A stretch of DNA of 32,000 bases from Candidatus Electrothrix yaqonensis (GCA_047651235.1 CP178758.1:3510001-3542000); one strand, 5' to 3'. Positions 1 to 8,515 are shown, numbered from the stretch's first letter. The notes: generated by a model from the sequence alone, not told the origin. Numbers and translations are program-made.

Positions 1-504
1 GCCTTCAAACCCGGTATGAAAAACAACACTGGCAAAACTGACCGAACTTACCTGTTCTATGGCTTCCTGCGCGGTTGTCACGGTAACCACCTGATAGCCC
101 AGTGCTTCCATAGCCGAGCCGAGCTGATGCCGGATTCCGTCATCATCGTGCAGCACCAGACTCGTCGGGACATCCCGGGCAGTATCTTCCAATAACCCGG
201 CCTGCTTTTCTTCATCCAGCCAGTTTGTATTGGGCGGCGGCGGCGGCTTGATGACCGCAGCAGACTCTTCCTTTTTTTTTTCCGGCGCCTTGGCCTTATC
301 AACGGCTTTCCCGGCAGTTTTCGGCGCGGCAGCAGCACCCGCTGCCTCACCGGCGGCATCAAGCTGCATGGGCTTTTTACAGTGCGGGCATTTCAGCGGC
401 AGCCTCTGGCCTGATTTGAGTTTTTTCAGGGCCTGTTCTATCTTGGCCAGCTGGGCCGCATTAAATTTAAGCGCACCCTGACAGTGGGGACAGTTGCTGA
501 TCAT
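1..504 (-). CDS. Zinc-ribbon (two CPHC pairs) protein with a C-terminal receiver (REC)-like domain; partial, its 3' end lies beyond the window
   Basis: Absent from the supplied ORF track because it has no stop inside the window. The reverse frame from the ATG at 504..502 is open for all 168 codons down to position 1. It reads MISNCPHCQGALKFNAAQLAKIEQALKKLKSGQRLPLKCPHCKKPMQLD, then an Ala/Lys/Pro-rich linker (includes PPPPP), then SLVLHDDDGIRHQLGSAMEALGYQVVTVTTAQEAIEQV, which looks like the start of a CheY-like fold. An AGGAGA Shine-Dalgarno sits in the 10-nt gap after the pilT-like stop (TAA aggagaaaat ATG). Confidence 0.7.
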   Translation of the reverse strand, partial: MISNCPHCQGALKFNAAQLAKIEQALKKLKSGQRLPLKCPHCKKPMQLDAAGEAAGAAAAPKTAGKAVDKAKAPEKKKEESAAVIKPPPPPNTNWLDEEKQAGLLEDTARDVPTSLVLHDDDGIRHQLGSAMEALGYQVVTVTTAQEAIEQVSSVSFASVVFHTGFEG

Positions 505-514
505 ATTTTCTCCT

Positions 515-1690
515 TTATTCTTCCTCTTCCTGCTCCATTGCAAGACCGGTTATAGAGGTCGTACTTTTCCCTTGAGAAGCCTTGATATTATCCATTCCCC
601 GTTTGATCACGCTGCGGTTGCTGCAGTAGGTCAGGGCCGCTTCTTCGGTAATCTTGCCCAGAGTAAACAGCCGCAGCAGATCCTGATCAAAGGTCTTCAT
701 ATCAAGCGTACTGCCGTCCTGAATGACATTATAAAAGGTTTTTTCCGCTGCCACATCCTCCCCGTTGAGCAGCAGATCCGTGACCCGGAGACTGCTGCGC
801 AGGATTTCCTGGGACGCCACCCGGCCGCCGCCGACCTTGGGCAGCAGCCGCTGACTGACCACCCAGCGGATGGTATCAGCCAGGCGGACCCGGATCTGTT
901 CCTGTTCATCATGTTCAAACATACCGATGACCCGGTTCAGAGTCTGGCCGGCATCAATGGTATGCAAAGAGGAAAAAACCACATGGCCGGTTTCTGCCGC
1001 AGTAAGGGCAATCTCCAGGGTAACCCGGTCACGGATCTCACCCACCAGAATAACCTTGGGCGCCTGCCGCAGGGCAGCCCGCAGGCCGTTGGCAAAGCTG
1101 TCAAAATCATCTCCCTGTTCCCTCTGATTGAAGGTCGCCTTTTTATGCGGATGGACGTATTCGATCGGGTCTTCCAGGGTAACAATATGCACGGACCGGG
1201 TCTTGTTAATCTGATTCAGGATAGACGCCAGTGAGGTGGTTTTGCCGGTTCCGGTGCCGCCGGTAAAGAGAATAAGACCGTTCCGTTCTTCGGCCATATC
1301 GTAGAAACAATGCGGAAATCCGAAGTCTTCAATGGAAGGAATCTTGGTTTCCAGTTTTCTCAGTACTGCGGAATAACATCCCTTCTGCGTAAAAATATTG
1401 ACCCGGAACCGGACGCTGTCTGCCCCCCGCTCCAGAACATAGGAGAGGTCACAGGAGCCTGTATTGACCAGATCGTGCAGCAGGCGCTGGTTGCCGTTGA
1501 TCAGATTGAGGGCAAAAACCTCGGCCTGAAAAGGGGTGAGTTCCTTGACCGGCGGCTCGACGTCAACCGGTGTCAGCTGACCGTCGATCTCGACCTGCAG
1601 ACTTTTACCCACTGTGATGTTCAGGTCGGAGACTCCTTTTTTCATGCCCAGCATGGCAGCGACCCAGTAGGCGTTTTCCGGCTGTTTCAT
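515..1690 (-). CDS. pilT: PilT-family type IV pilus retraction (twitching motility) ATPase
   Basis: Walker A in LFTGGTGTGKTTS, Asp box VILVGEIRD and His box TGHVVFSSLHT, with an N-terminal GVSDLNI motif typical of PilT/PilU. I prefer the ATG at 1690 (MKQPENAY..., GAGG 6 nt upstream) over the track start at 1762, which adds 24 Arg/Cys-rich residues. The C-terminal tail is acidic (EQEEEE). Confidence 0.88.
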   Translation of the reverse strand: MKQPENAYWVAAMLGMKKGVSDLNITVGKSLQVEIDGQLTPVDVEPPVKELTPFQAEVFALNLINGNQRLLHDLVNTGSCDLSYVLERGADSVRFRVNIFTQKGCYSAVLRKLETKIPSIEDFGFPHCFYDMAEERNGLILFTGGTGTGKTTSLASILNQINKTRSVHIVTLEDPIEYVHPHKKATFNQREQGDDFDSFANGLRAALRQAPKVILVGEIRDRVTLEIALTAAETGHVVFSSLHTIDAGQTLNRVIGMFEHDEQEQIRVRLADTIRWVVSQRLLPKVGGGRVASQEILRSSLRVTDLLLNGEDVAAEKTFYNVIQDGSTLDMKTFDQDLLRLFTLGKITEEAALTYCSNRSVIKRGMDNIKASQGKSTTSITGLAMEQEEEE

Positions 1691-1877
1691 ACATGACCTC
1701 GCTGTATCAGGTTGACCTGCCCGGCACGGACAGGAACGGGAGAACCGTTTCCGCATTGACAAAAACGATCATTATTGAATACTATCCCCGGCGGATGCTG
1801 TAATAAGTATGAAACTGATATCGGCAAACTGCAAGTGTTTTTTCAGACGGGACAGGGGACAACAGGAGAAATCAGGT

Positions 1878-2069
1878 ATGGAACTTTCTATCAGTGACGA
1901 GAAAACCAAAGAGCTGCTCACGGAAGTGGTCATTGAGCTGCTGAAAAGCAAACGAGATCTTATTCATGATATTCTGCTGGAAGCACTGGAGGAGGTCGGG
2001 CTGGCAAATGCTATAACGGAGGGCAGAAGCGACGATTTTGTTGCGGAAGACGAAATTTTTAATCCTTGA
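1878..2069 (+). CDS. Small acidic hypothetical protein (63 aa)
   Basis: ATG at 1878 is preceded by GGAGA (ggagaaatcaggtATG). It reads MELSISDEKTKELLTEVVIELLKSKRDLIHDILLEALEEVGLANAITEGRSDDFVAEDEIFNP and is predicted helical and acidic. From memory it resembles small orphan proteins with an ...EDIGL.NAI.EG....FV..EEI... signature, of unknown function. The track start at 1809 adds an implausible Cys/Arg-rich leader. Confidence 0.55.
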   Translation: MELSISDEKTKELLTEVVIELLKSKRDLIHDILLEALEEVGLANAITEGRSDDFVAEDEIFNP

Positions 2070-2119
2070 CGGGAAGGCAGTTCCTGCCCACCGTTGAAAC
2101 GCCGGGCTATGTTCGCAGC

Positions 2120-2155
2120 GTCCCTCCGGGACGTAACTCCCTGTCCCGGAGGGAC
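2120..2155. repeat. Perfect 13-bp inverted repeat (gtccctccgggac / gtcccggagggac) with a 10-nt loop
   Basis: Read directly: 2120..2132 is the exact reverse complement of 2143..2155. It lies in the gap between the small acidic ORF and the ROCO gene. A second 6-bp GC hairpin (gccccg..cggggc) follows at about 2167-2188. Neither has a U-tract. Confidence 0.6.
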
Positions 2156-2238
2156 AAGCGACAATAGCCCCGTGATGTATCGCGGGGCGGGGTGTGGGGC
2201 ATTCAGTCTTCTTTATCAAGGAATGAGGGACACAGGTT

Positions 2239-4404
2239 ATGACAGATGAAGAATTGTTGCAGGTGATAGAGGAGGCTAAAGCAAGCGGGGCGACTTGGCT
2301 TGATCTACGGAGAAAAAATATAACTTCATTGCCTCCAGAAATTGGTCAGTTGACGGGGTTAACTTTTCTTTATCTTAATAGCAATCAACTCACTACCCTA
2401 CCAGAAGAGCTGTTTTATCTAACCAATCTAACGAGGCTCTATCTCCATGACAATAAGCTTTGTACTCTGCCACGAGAAATTGGCCAATTAAGCAATCTCA
2501 ACCATCTTAATCTTGCTCACAATCAGCTTACTAGCCTGCCGTCTGAAATTAGCCAGTTAATTAATCTGACAGAGTTTGATCTCAGCTGTAATCGCCTGAA
2601 TAGTCTCCCCAAAGAAATTGGTCTGCTGACTAAGCTGATATATTTATGGCTTGAGTATAATCAACTGACTCTACTCCCTGTAGAGTTGGCACAGTTAACC
2701 TCCCTAACAAGACTCAACCTAAAAAGCAATCGACTAACCATCCCACCACTAGAAATCATAGGACAAGGAATAGATGCTATTCGCCTGTACCTCGCATCTC
2801 TCCAACAGGAGGAACGTCCTCTCAACCAAGTCAAACTCCTCCTCATCGGTGAAGGTGCGGCAGGCAAGACATCACTTGTCAAACAGCTCTTCAACGAAGA
2901 CTTTGATGCCCACGAGGACACCACCCACGGTATCAACATCCGTAATTGGAAGGTGGAGGAGAACGGGGATACGCCTCTGCGGGTCAACATCTGGGACTTC
3001 GGCGGGCAGGAGATCATGCACGCCACGCACCAGTTCTTCCTTTCCCGGCGCAGCCTCTACGTCCTGGTGCTGGACGGTCGTCGGGACGAACGCCCGGAAT
3101 ACTGGCTCCGCCATATCGAGAGCTTCGGCGGCGACTCGCCGGTGCTGGTGGTCCTCAACAAGCAGGACAGCAACCCCTCATTCCAGTTGAACTACCCCTT
3201 CCTGCAGGCAAAGTACCCGGCCATCAGGGGCTTCTTCCGAACCTCCTGTGCCGACGGGCGCGGGATCGCCGAGTTCCGCAGTGCCCTGCTGCGCGAGCTG
3301 GCCTGGGTGGAGATGATCGGCATCCGCTGGCCCGGCAGCTGGTTCCGGGTCAAGGAACGCATTGAGCAGCTGGACCGACCGTATATCAGCAGCGAGGAGT
3401 ACAGCGATCTCTGCGCTGAGGCGGGCATCGGCGAGCCGCAGAGCCGGGAGGTGCTGGTTGACTTTCTCCATGATCTGGGTGCGGCTGTTCACTTCAAGGA
3501 CTTTGTTCTCAAGGCCATGCACGTCCTCGACCCGGTCTGGGTCACCGAGGCGGTGTATAAGATCATCAATGCCGAGGAGGTGGCGGACGCCCGAGGCACC
3601 CTGGGCCTGAACAGTCTCGGCAATATCCTGCCCTACGCCAGGGACGAAAAGCTCTCCTGGCCCGAGTCCACCCATGTCTTTATCCTGGAGCTGATGAAGA
3701 AGTTCGAGCTGTGCTGGGGCCTCGGCGAACAGGCCGTGCTCATCCCCCAGCTCCTGCCCGTGGCCGAACCCGCGTTCAGCTTTGATTACGCAAAGGCCCT
3801 GGGTTTTGTCCTCCATTATCAGGACTTCCTGCCGCCCTCGGTCATGCCCCGCTTTCTGGTCAAACGGCACAGCCAGATCAGGAAAGGCCTCTGCTGGCGC
3901 ACCGGGGTGGTGCTGGAGGATAAGGAGAGCGGCACTGAGGCCGTGGTCAAGGCGGATCATGAGGCCCGGCGCATCTATCTCTGGAGCAACGGCCCGCGCC
4001 GTAAAGAATTCCTCACCTTTCTCTGGTTCTCCCTGCGGGCGATCAACGACAGCTTTGAAAAGCTTCGAGTTAGCGAACGTATTCCCATGCCCGATGATCC
4101 TGAGGTCACGGCTGATTATCAGACCCTGTTGAAGTATGCAGAACGGGGCCATAACATGTATATTCCGGAAGGAAGCGACAAAGAGTACAGCGTGCGGGAG
4201 CTGCTGGGCCTTGTCGAGCCGAACAGGGAAGATGAGCAGTTGGAGCTGCTGCGGATGATTAAGGAGCAGATGGATGAGAAGGATTCAGGGGCGGAGGTGG
4301 TCAACAGCCTGTTTGATGTAAAACCAGGTCTTTTCGGGGTCAACATAAACCTCAACGAAGTTTTCAAACGTATCCTCGCCCGCGAGAAGCAGAAGCGAGG
4401 ATAG
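2239..4404 (+). CDS. ROCO-family GTPase: N-terminal leucine-rich repeats, Roc (Ras-of-complex) GTPase domain, COR domain and a short C-terminal tail
   Basis: About 7 LRRs of 23 residues (L..L..L.L..N.L..LP.EIGQL). Roc motifs are G1 LIGEGAAGKTS (nt 2848-2874), G3 WDFGGQE and G4 LNKQD. A roughly 400-aa COR-like region follows (WFRVKERIEQL...LIPQLLP...YSVRELLG). The architecture matches bacterial Roco proteins and the LRRK2 core. Confidence 0.85.
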   Translation: MTDEELLQVIEEAKASGATWLDLRRKNITSLPPEIGQLTGLTFLYLNSNQLTTLPEELFYLTNLTRLYLHDNKLCTLPREIGQLSNLNHLNLAHNQLTSLPSEISQLINLTEFDLSCNRLNSLPKEIGLLTKLIYLWLEYNQLTLLPVELAQLTSLTRLNLKSNRLTIPPLEIIGQGIDAIRLYLASLQQEERPLNQVKLLLIGEGAAGKTSLVKQLFNEDFDAHEDTTHGINIRNWKVEENGDTPLRVNIWDFGGQEIMHATHQFFLSRRSLYVLVLDGRRDERPEYWLRHIESFGGDSPVLVVLNKQDSNPSFQLNYPFLQAKYPAIRGFFRTSCADGRGIAEFRSALLRELAWVEMIGIRWPGSWFRVKERIEQLDRPYISSEEYSDLCAEAGIGEPQSREVLVDFLHDLGAAVHFKDFVLKAMHVLDPVWVTEAVYKIINAEEVADARGTLGLNSLGNILPYARDEKLSWPESTHVFILELMKKFELCWGLGEQAVLIPQLLPVAEPAFSFDYAKALGFVLHYQDFLPPSVMPRFLVKRHSQIRKGLCWRTGVVLEDKESGTEAVVKADHEARRIYLWSNGPRRKEFLTFLWFSLRAINDSFEKLRVSERIPMPDDPEVTADYQTLLKYAERGHNMYIPEGSDKEYSVRELLGLVEPNREDEQLELLRMIKEQMDEKDSGAEVVNSLFDVKPGLFGVNINLNEVFKRILAREKQKRG

Positions 4405-4427
4405 ACTGGTTTTCTGCCTGCGGGGTT

Positions 4428-4445
4428 CCGGTGCTTCAGCACCGG
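4428..4445 (+). other. 7-bp GC hairpin (ccggtgc ttca gcaccgg) 24 nt after the ROCO stop; possible terminator, but followed by an A-run rather than a U-tract
   Basis: Read directly; perfect stem with a tetraloop. Confidence 0.3.
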
Positions 4446-4563
4446 GAAAAAACTATACACCGCCCGATGCGGCAGGATATAATATATAAAACATATGATT
4501 TTTCAAATACATTGCAGGCAGCAGGAAATTACTTCCGCTGCTTTGCGAAAAAGGAGGATATGA

Positions 4564-5139
4564 ATGGACCGGAATACCTGGTTAAAGCTGGTCAACCAGA
4601 GCGGTAAGGGGTTGTACAAAAAGGGGTATCTCGGCCGGGAGGTTTATGAGTTTGAAATTCAGGCCGCCCTTGAGGCCCAGAAGGTCTTTGCCGAAACAAC
4701 CCATACAGAGAGAGTCCGGATTACCGGCATGGAATTCACCACGCCGCCGGAAGGGTCAACCTATCGGAGCATCACCGAATCTATCCACCGGAGAATCACG
4801 GCCGCGCCCAGCCTGATGGATTCTGCCTGGATCAACATCTGGCACAGTGTTGCCGAGGCGAGTTTCCTCATCACCGCCGGTGTGCCCAAAGTTGCGACCT
4901 TCCTGGATGATCATGGTATTGTCGGCATGGCTGCCTACCTTGCCTATTGCCGGGAATGCCGCGACTGGGTGCCAGCGCCGCCGATGTTTTCCGAACTGCC
5001 GCTGGAGGAGCAGAGCGCGTGGCGGGAAGTTGAAATTATTGCCGGACAGATGATGGCTGCCGGATTCACGCAACTGGGCCATGAAGCACATAAGAGATGG
5101 CCGAGCAGACAGGACAAGCCGGACCGGACGGACCAGTGA
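4564..5139 (+). CDS. Hypothetical protein (191 aa), no family recognised
   Basis: Strong AAGGAGG Shine-Dalgarno 7 nt upstream of the ATG at 4564, and a TATAAT hexamer at 4478-4483. Codon composition is coding-like. The alternative ATG at 4560 terminates after 16 codons. Confidence 0.6.
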   Translation: MDRNTWLKLVNQSGKGLYKKGYLGREVYEFEIQAALEAQKVFAETTHTERVRITGMEFTTPPEGSTYRSITESIHRRITAAPSLMDSAWINIWHSVAEASFLITAGVPKVATFLDDHGIVGMAAYLAYCRECRDWVPAPPMFSELPLEEQSAWREVEIIAGQMMAAGFTQLGHEAHKRWPSRQDKPDRTDQ

Positions 5140-5165
5140 ATCTGAGGTAATGAAGTTATTTTTTC

Positions 5166-5239
5166 TATAATCAGCTGATGTTACGAGACACTCAAAGCGT
5201 AGACTCTGCCGATTTTGCGTTTCGGCTGCGTAACATCAG
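5166..5239 (+). promoter_or_regulatory. Putative ilvD promoter -10 (TATAAT 5166-5171) and a leader stem (11-bp arms 5175-5185 / 5229-5239)
   Basis: ctgatgttacg (5175-5185) is the exact reverse complement of cgtaacatcag (5229-5239). The right arm ends 5 nt before the ilvD SD AGGAGA (5245-5250). Confidence 0.35.
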
Positions 5240-5256
5240 TAAACAGGAGAACAAGC

Positions 5257-7089
5257 ATGGCAATTCCTCTTCGCAGCAACGAGACAACCCAGGGCCGGAG
5301 AATGGCCGGAGCCCGTGCTCTGTGGCGGGCCAACGGCATGACCGAAGAACAGATGGGCAGACCGGTAATCGCAGTGGTCAACTCCTTTACCCAGTTCGTG
5401 CCCGGACATGTGCATCTGCACGAGATCGGCCAGCAGGTCAAGCAGTACATTGAAAAGCAGGGCTGCTTTGCCGCCGAGTTCAACACTATTGCCATTGACG
5501 ACGGTATCGCAATGGGGCACGACGGGATGCTCTATTCCCTGCCTTCCAGGGAGCTGATTGCCGACTCGGTTGAGTACATGTGCAATGCCCACAAGGTTGA
5601 CGCCATGATCTGCATCAGCAACTGCGACAAGATCACCCCGGGCATGCTGATGGCAGCCATGCGGCTGAATATCCCAGCGATTTTTGTCTCCGGTGGACCG
5701 ATGGAGGCAGGCAGGATCAAGGGCCGGGAGCGGGGCTACGACCTGATCGATGCAATGGTCATGGCCGGGGACAAGTCAGTGTCGGATAACGAGATTGCCG
5801 CGATTGAACAGGCAGCCTGCCCGACCTGCGGCTCCTGCTCCGGCATGTTTACGGCTAACTCCATGAACTGCCTGACCGAGGCCCTGGGCATGTCCCTGCC
5901 CGGCAACGGAACCGTGGTTGCCACCCATACCAACCGGCGGGCTCTGTTTGAGCAAGCTGCCAAGCGTATCGTGGCCATGTGCAAAGCCTGGTACGGGAAG
6001 GAAGATGCCTCAGTCCTGCCACGCTCCATTGCCACCAAGGCTGCCTTTAACAACGCAATGGCGCTGGATATCGCGATGGGCGGGTCCACCAACACGGTTC
6101 TGCACATCCTGGCTCTTGTCCATGAGGCCGGGGTGAAATTCACCATGCAGGATATCGACGCCCTGTCCCACCGGGTGCCCAACCTGTGCAAAGTCGCGCC
6201 TTCCTCGCATTATCATGTGGAGGATGTCAACCGGGCAGGCGGCATCCTGAGCATCCTCGGTGAACTGGACCGAGCCGGGCTGCTGGACACCACAGTGAGC
6301 AGGGCAGACGGCCTTACCTTGGCCCAAGCCTTGGATCAGTTTGACATCATGCGGGACAGCGCAACCCAGGCTGCCCGCAATCTCTGTGCAAGCGCTCCGG
6401 GAAATAAGGGCCGCAATCTGGTCATGGGATCCCAGGGCACCCTGTACGACAGCCTTGACACAGACCGGGCAAAAGGCTGCATCCGGGATGTTGCTCATTG
6501 TTATTCCGAGGATGGCGGGCTGGCGGTTCTGTACGGCAACATTGCTGAGAACGGCTGCATCGTCAAGACAGCCGGTGTGGACCCGTCCATCCTCCACTTT
6601 GAGGGAACAGCCAAGGTCTATCATTCCCAGGAGGCAGCCTGCGAAGCTATCCTCGACGGGGAAATCAAGGCAGGTAATGTGGTGTTTATCCTTTACGAAG
6701 GCCCTAAAGGCGGACCGGGTATGCAGGAGATGCTCTATCCGACCTCCTATCTGAAATCTATCCACCTGGGGGCGGAATGCGCCTTGGTCACGGACGGCCG
6801 GTTTTCCGGCGGCACCTCCGGCCTGTCCATCGGACACGTTTCCCCGGAAGCAGCCGGGGGCGGGACTATCGGCCTGGTGCGCAACGGCGACCCGATCGAT
6901 ATCAATATCCCGGAACGCAGCATCAGTCTACGCATCAGCCCGGAAGAGCTTGCTCAGCGAGAACAGCAGGAAATGGAGCGAGGCGCTGCCGCCTTTACTC
7001 CGGACCGCAGCCGCGAGGTACCCAAGGCTCTGCAGGCCTATGCCCGTTTTGCTGCTTCAGCGGACAAGGGTGCAGTGCGGATGCTCTGA
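5257..7089 (+). CDS. ilvD: Dihydroxy-acid dehydratase
   Basis: 610 aa. [28 protein letters not shown]..., [13 protein letters not shown] and [17 protein letters not shown] (Fe-S ligand region) are classic IlvD/Edd signatures. The ATG at 5257 follows AGGAGA; the track start at 5215 adds 14 non-conserved residues. Confidence 0.95.
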   Translation: MAIPLRSNETTQGRRMAGARALWRANGMTEEQMGRPVIAVVNSFTQFVPGHVHLHEIGQQVKQYIEKQGCFAAEFNTIAIDDGIAMGHDGMLYSLPSRELIADSVEYMCNAHKVDAMICISNCDKITPGMLMAAMRLNIPAIFVSGGPMEAGRIKGRERGYDLIDAMVMAGDKSVSDNEIAAIEQAACPTCGSCSGMFTANSMNCLTEALGMSLPGNGTVVATHTNRRALFEQAAKRIVAMCKAWYGKEDASVLPRSIATKAAFNNAMALDIAMGGSTNTVLHILALVHEAGVKFTMQDIDALSHRVPNLCKVAPSSHYHVEDVNRAGGILSILGELDRAGLLDTTVSRADGLTLAQALDQFDIMRDSATQAARNLCASAPGNKGRNLVMGSQGTLYDSLDTDRAKGCIRDVAHCYSEDGGLAVLYGNIAENGCIVKTAGVDPSILHFEGTAKVYHSQEAACEAILDGEIKAGNVVFILYEGPKGGPGMQEMLYPTSYLKSIHLGAECALVTDGRFSGGTSGLSIGHVSPEAAGGGTIGLVRNGDPIDINIPERSISLRISPEELAQREQQEMERGAAAFTPDRSREVPKALQAYARFAASADKGAVRML

Positions 7090-7165
7090 TTGCCCGACTG
7101 TATGGGGCCTGTCGATATTCCGAAAAATACTACGCGGCAGCACTGCCGGATAACCGGATAAACAT

Positions 7166-8515
7166 ATGGATGATATTGTAAGAAAAATAGAACAGCGAGA
7201 CCCGGAGCAGAAAGAATTTCTCCAAGCGGTTTCCGAGCTGATCGAAACGGTGAAACCGGTCCTGGACCGCAATCCGGAATACCGGCATCAGGCAATTATT
7301 GAGCGGATTACTGAGCCGGAGCGGGTCATCATGTTCCGGGTGCCCTGGATGGACGATCAGGGTAGGGTACAGGTCAACCGGGGCTTCCGGGTGGAGATGA
7401 ACTCGGCCCTCGGCCCGTACAAGGGCGGGCTGCGTTTTCATCCTTCAGTGACCCTGTCGATCATCAAGTTTCTCGCCTTTGAACAGGTCTTTAAAAACAG
7501 CCTGACCACCCTGCAGATCGGCGGCGGGAAGGGCGGGGCAGATTTTGATCCTAAGGGCCGTTCCGACGCTGAGGTCATGCGCTTCTGCCAGTCGTTTATG
7601 GCGGAACTGCAGCGGCATATCGGCCCGGATACCGATGTCCCGGCCGGAGATATCGGGGTCGGAGCCAGAGAAATAGGCTACCTGTTCGGCATGTACAAAA
7701 AGCTGCGCAACGAATTTACCGGAGTGATCACCGGCAAAAGTCTGAACTGGGGCGGCAGCCTGATCCGGCCCCAGGCCACTGGCTACGGCGTGGTCTATTT
7801 TGCTGCAGAAATGCTGGCCCGCAGCGGCGACTCGCCGGAAGGCAAAACCTGCCTGATTTCCGGGTCCGGCAATGTGGCCCAGTACACGGCGGAAAAGCTG
7901 CTCCAGCTCGGCGCCAAGGTACTGACCATGTCCGACTCATCAGGGTATATTTACGACGAGGAAGGCATTGATGCGGAAAAGCTGGGTTTCATCATGCAGC
8001 TGAAAAATATCCGCCGGGGCCGCATCCGGGAGTACTGCGAACAGTACCCGGCTGCCGTGTACACAGCAGTTGATCCTGACGCGGAGCATAATCCGCTCTG
8101 GAATCACAGGGCCGACTGCGCCATGCCCTGCGCAACCCAGAACGAAATCAATGCACAGGACGCCCGGAATCTGCTCGATAACGGCGTGCAGCTCGTCTGC
8201 GAAGGGGCAAATATGCCGAGCACGCCGGAAGCCGTTGATTTGTTTCTGGAGAGAAAAATTCTCTACGGCCCTGGCAAGGCGGCCAATGCCGGAGGCGTCG
8301 CGGTGTCCGGTCTGGAAATGGCCCAGAACTCCATGCGGCTTTCCTGGCCGGAAAAAGAGGTGGACGGTCGTCTGCGGCAGATCATGAAGTCCATTCATAC
8401 CACCTGTATAGATGCAGCCGAAGAATACGGTCTGCCGAAAAACTATCTGGCCGGGGCCAATGTGGCCGGGTTTGTCAAGGTGGTCAATGCCATGCTGGAT
8501 CAGGGGCTGGTCTAA
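7166..8515 (+). CDS. gdhA: NADP-specific glutamate dehydrogenase
   Basis: 449 aa. Carries the Glu/Leu/Phe/Val dehydrogenase signature QIGGGKGGADFDPKG and the Rossmann motif ISGSGNVAQY, and is colinear with GdhA over its full length. Confidence 0.93.
   Translation: MDDIVRKIEQRDPEQKEFLQAVSELIETVKPVLDRNPEYRHQAIIERITEPERVIMFRVPWMDDQGRVQVNRGFRVEMNSALGPYKGGLRFHPSVTLSIIKFLAFEQVFKNSLTTLQIGGGKGGADFDPKGRSDAEVMRFCQSFMAELQRHIGPDTDVPAGDIGVGAREIGYLFGMYKKLRNEFTGVITGKSLNWGGSLIRPQATGYGVVYFAAEMLARSGDSPEGKTCLISGSGNVAQYTAEKLLQLGAKVLTMSDSSGYIYDEEGIDAEKLGFIMQLKNIRRGRIREYCEQYPAAVYTAVDPDAEHNPLWNHRADCAMPCATQNEINAQDARNLLDNGVQLVCEGANMPSTPEAVDLFLERKILYGPGKAANAGGVAVSGLEMAQNSMRLSWPEKEVDGRLRQIMKSIHTTCIDAAEEYGLPKNYLAGANVAGFVKVVNAMLDQGLV

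Noticed and set aside
78-362. 94-aa Arg/Lys/Pro-rich ORF on the minus strand
   Set aside because: It is an alternative frame of the real zinc-ribbon/receiver-like gene (1-504, minus). Its composition is that of an out-of-frame read of an Ala/Pro/Lys-rich linker.
494-1234. 246-aa plus-strand ORF
   Set aside because: It is antisense to the unmistakable PilT ATPase gene. This is a shadow ORF, typical of GC-rich coding DNA.
3178-4152. 324-aa minus-strand ORF, plus several 80-140-aa ORFs, inside 2.6-4.5 kb
   Set aside because: They are antisense to or out of frame with the Roc-COR region. They have no motifs and owe their length to the high GC content.
5150-5170. Possible 6-codon leader peptide MKLFFL* with a GAGG Shine-Dalgarno upstream of ilvD
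   Set aside because: It lies upstream of, and overlapping, the best -10 hexamer, so it would not be on the ilvD transcript if that promoter is real. It contains no Ile or Val codons, and no terminator/antiterminator pair is evident.
6010-6837. 275-aa minus-strand ORF
   Set aside because: Antisense shadow of ilvD.
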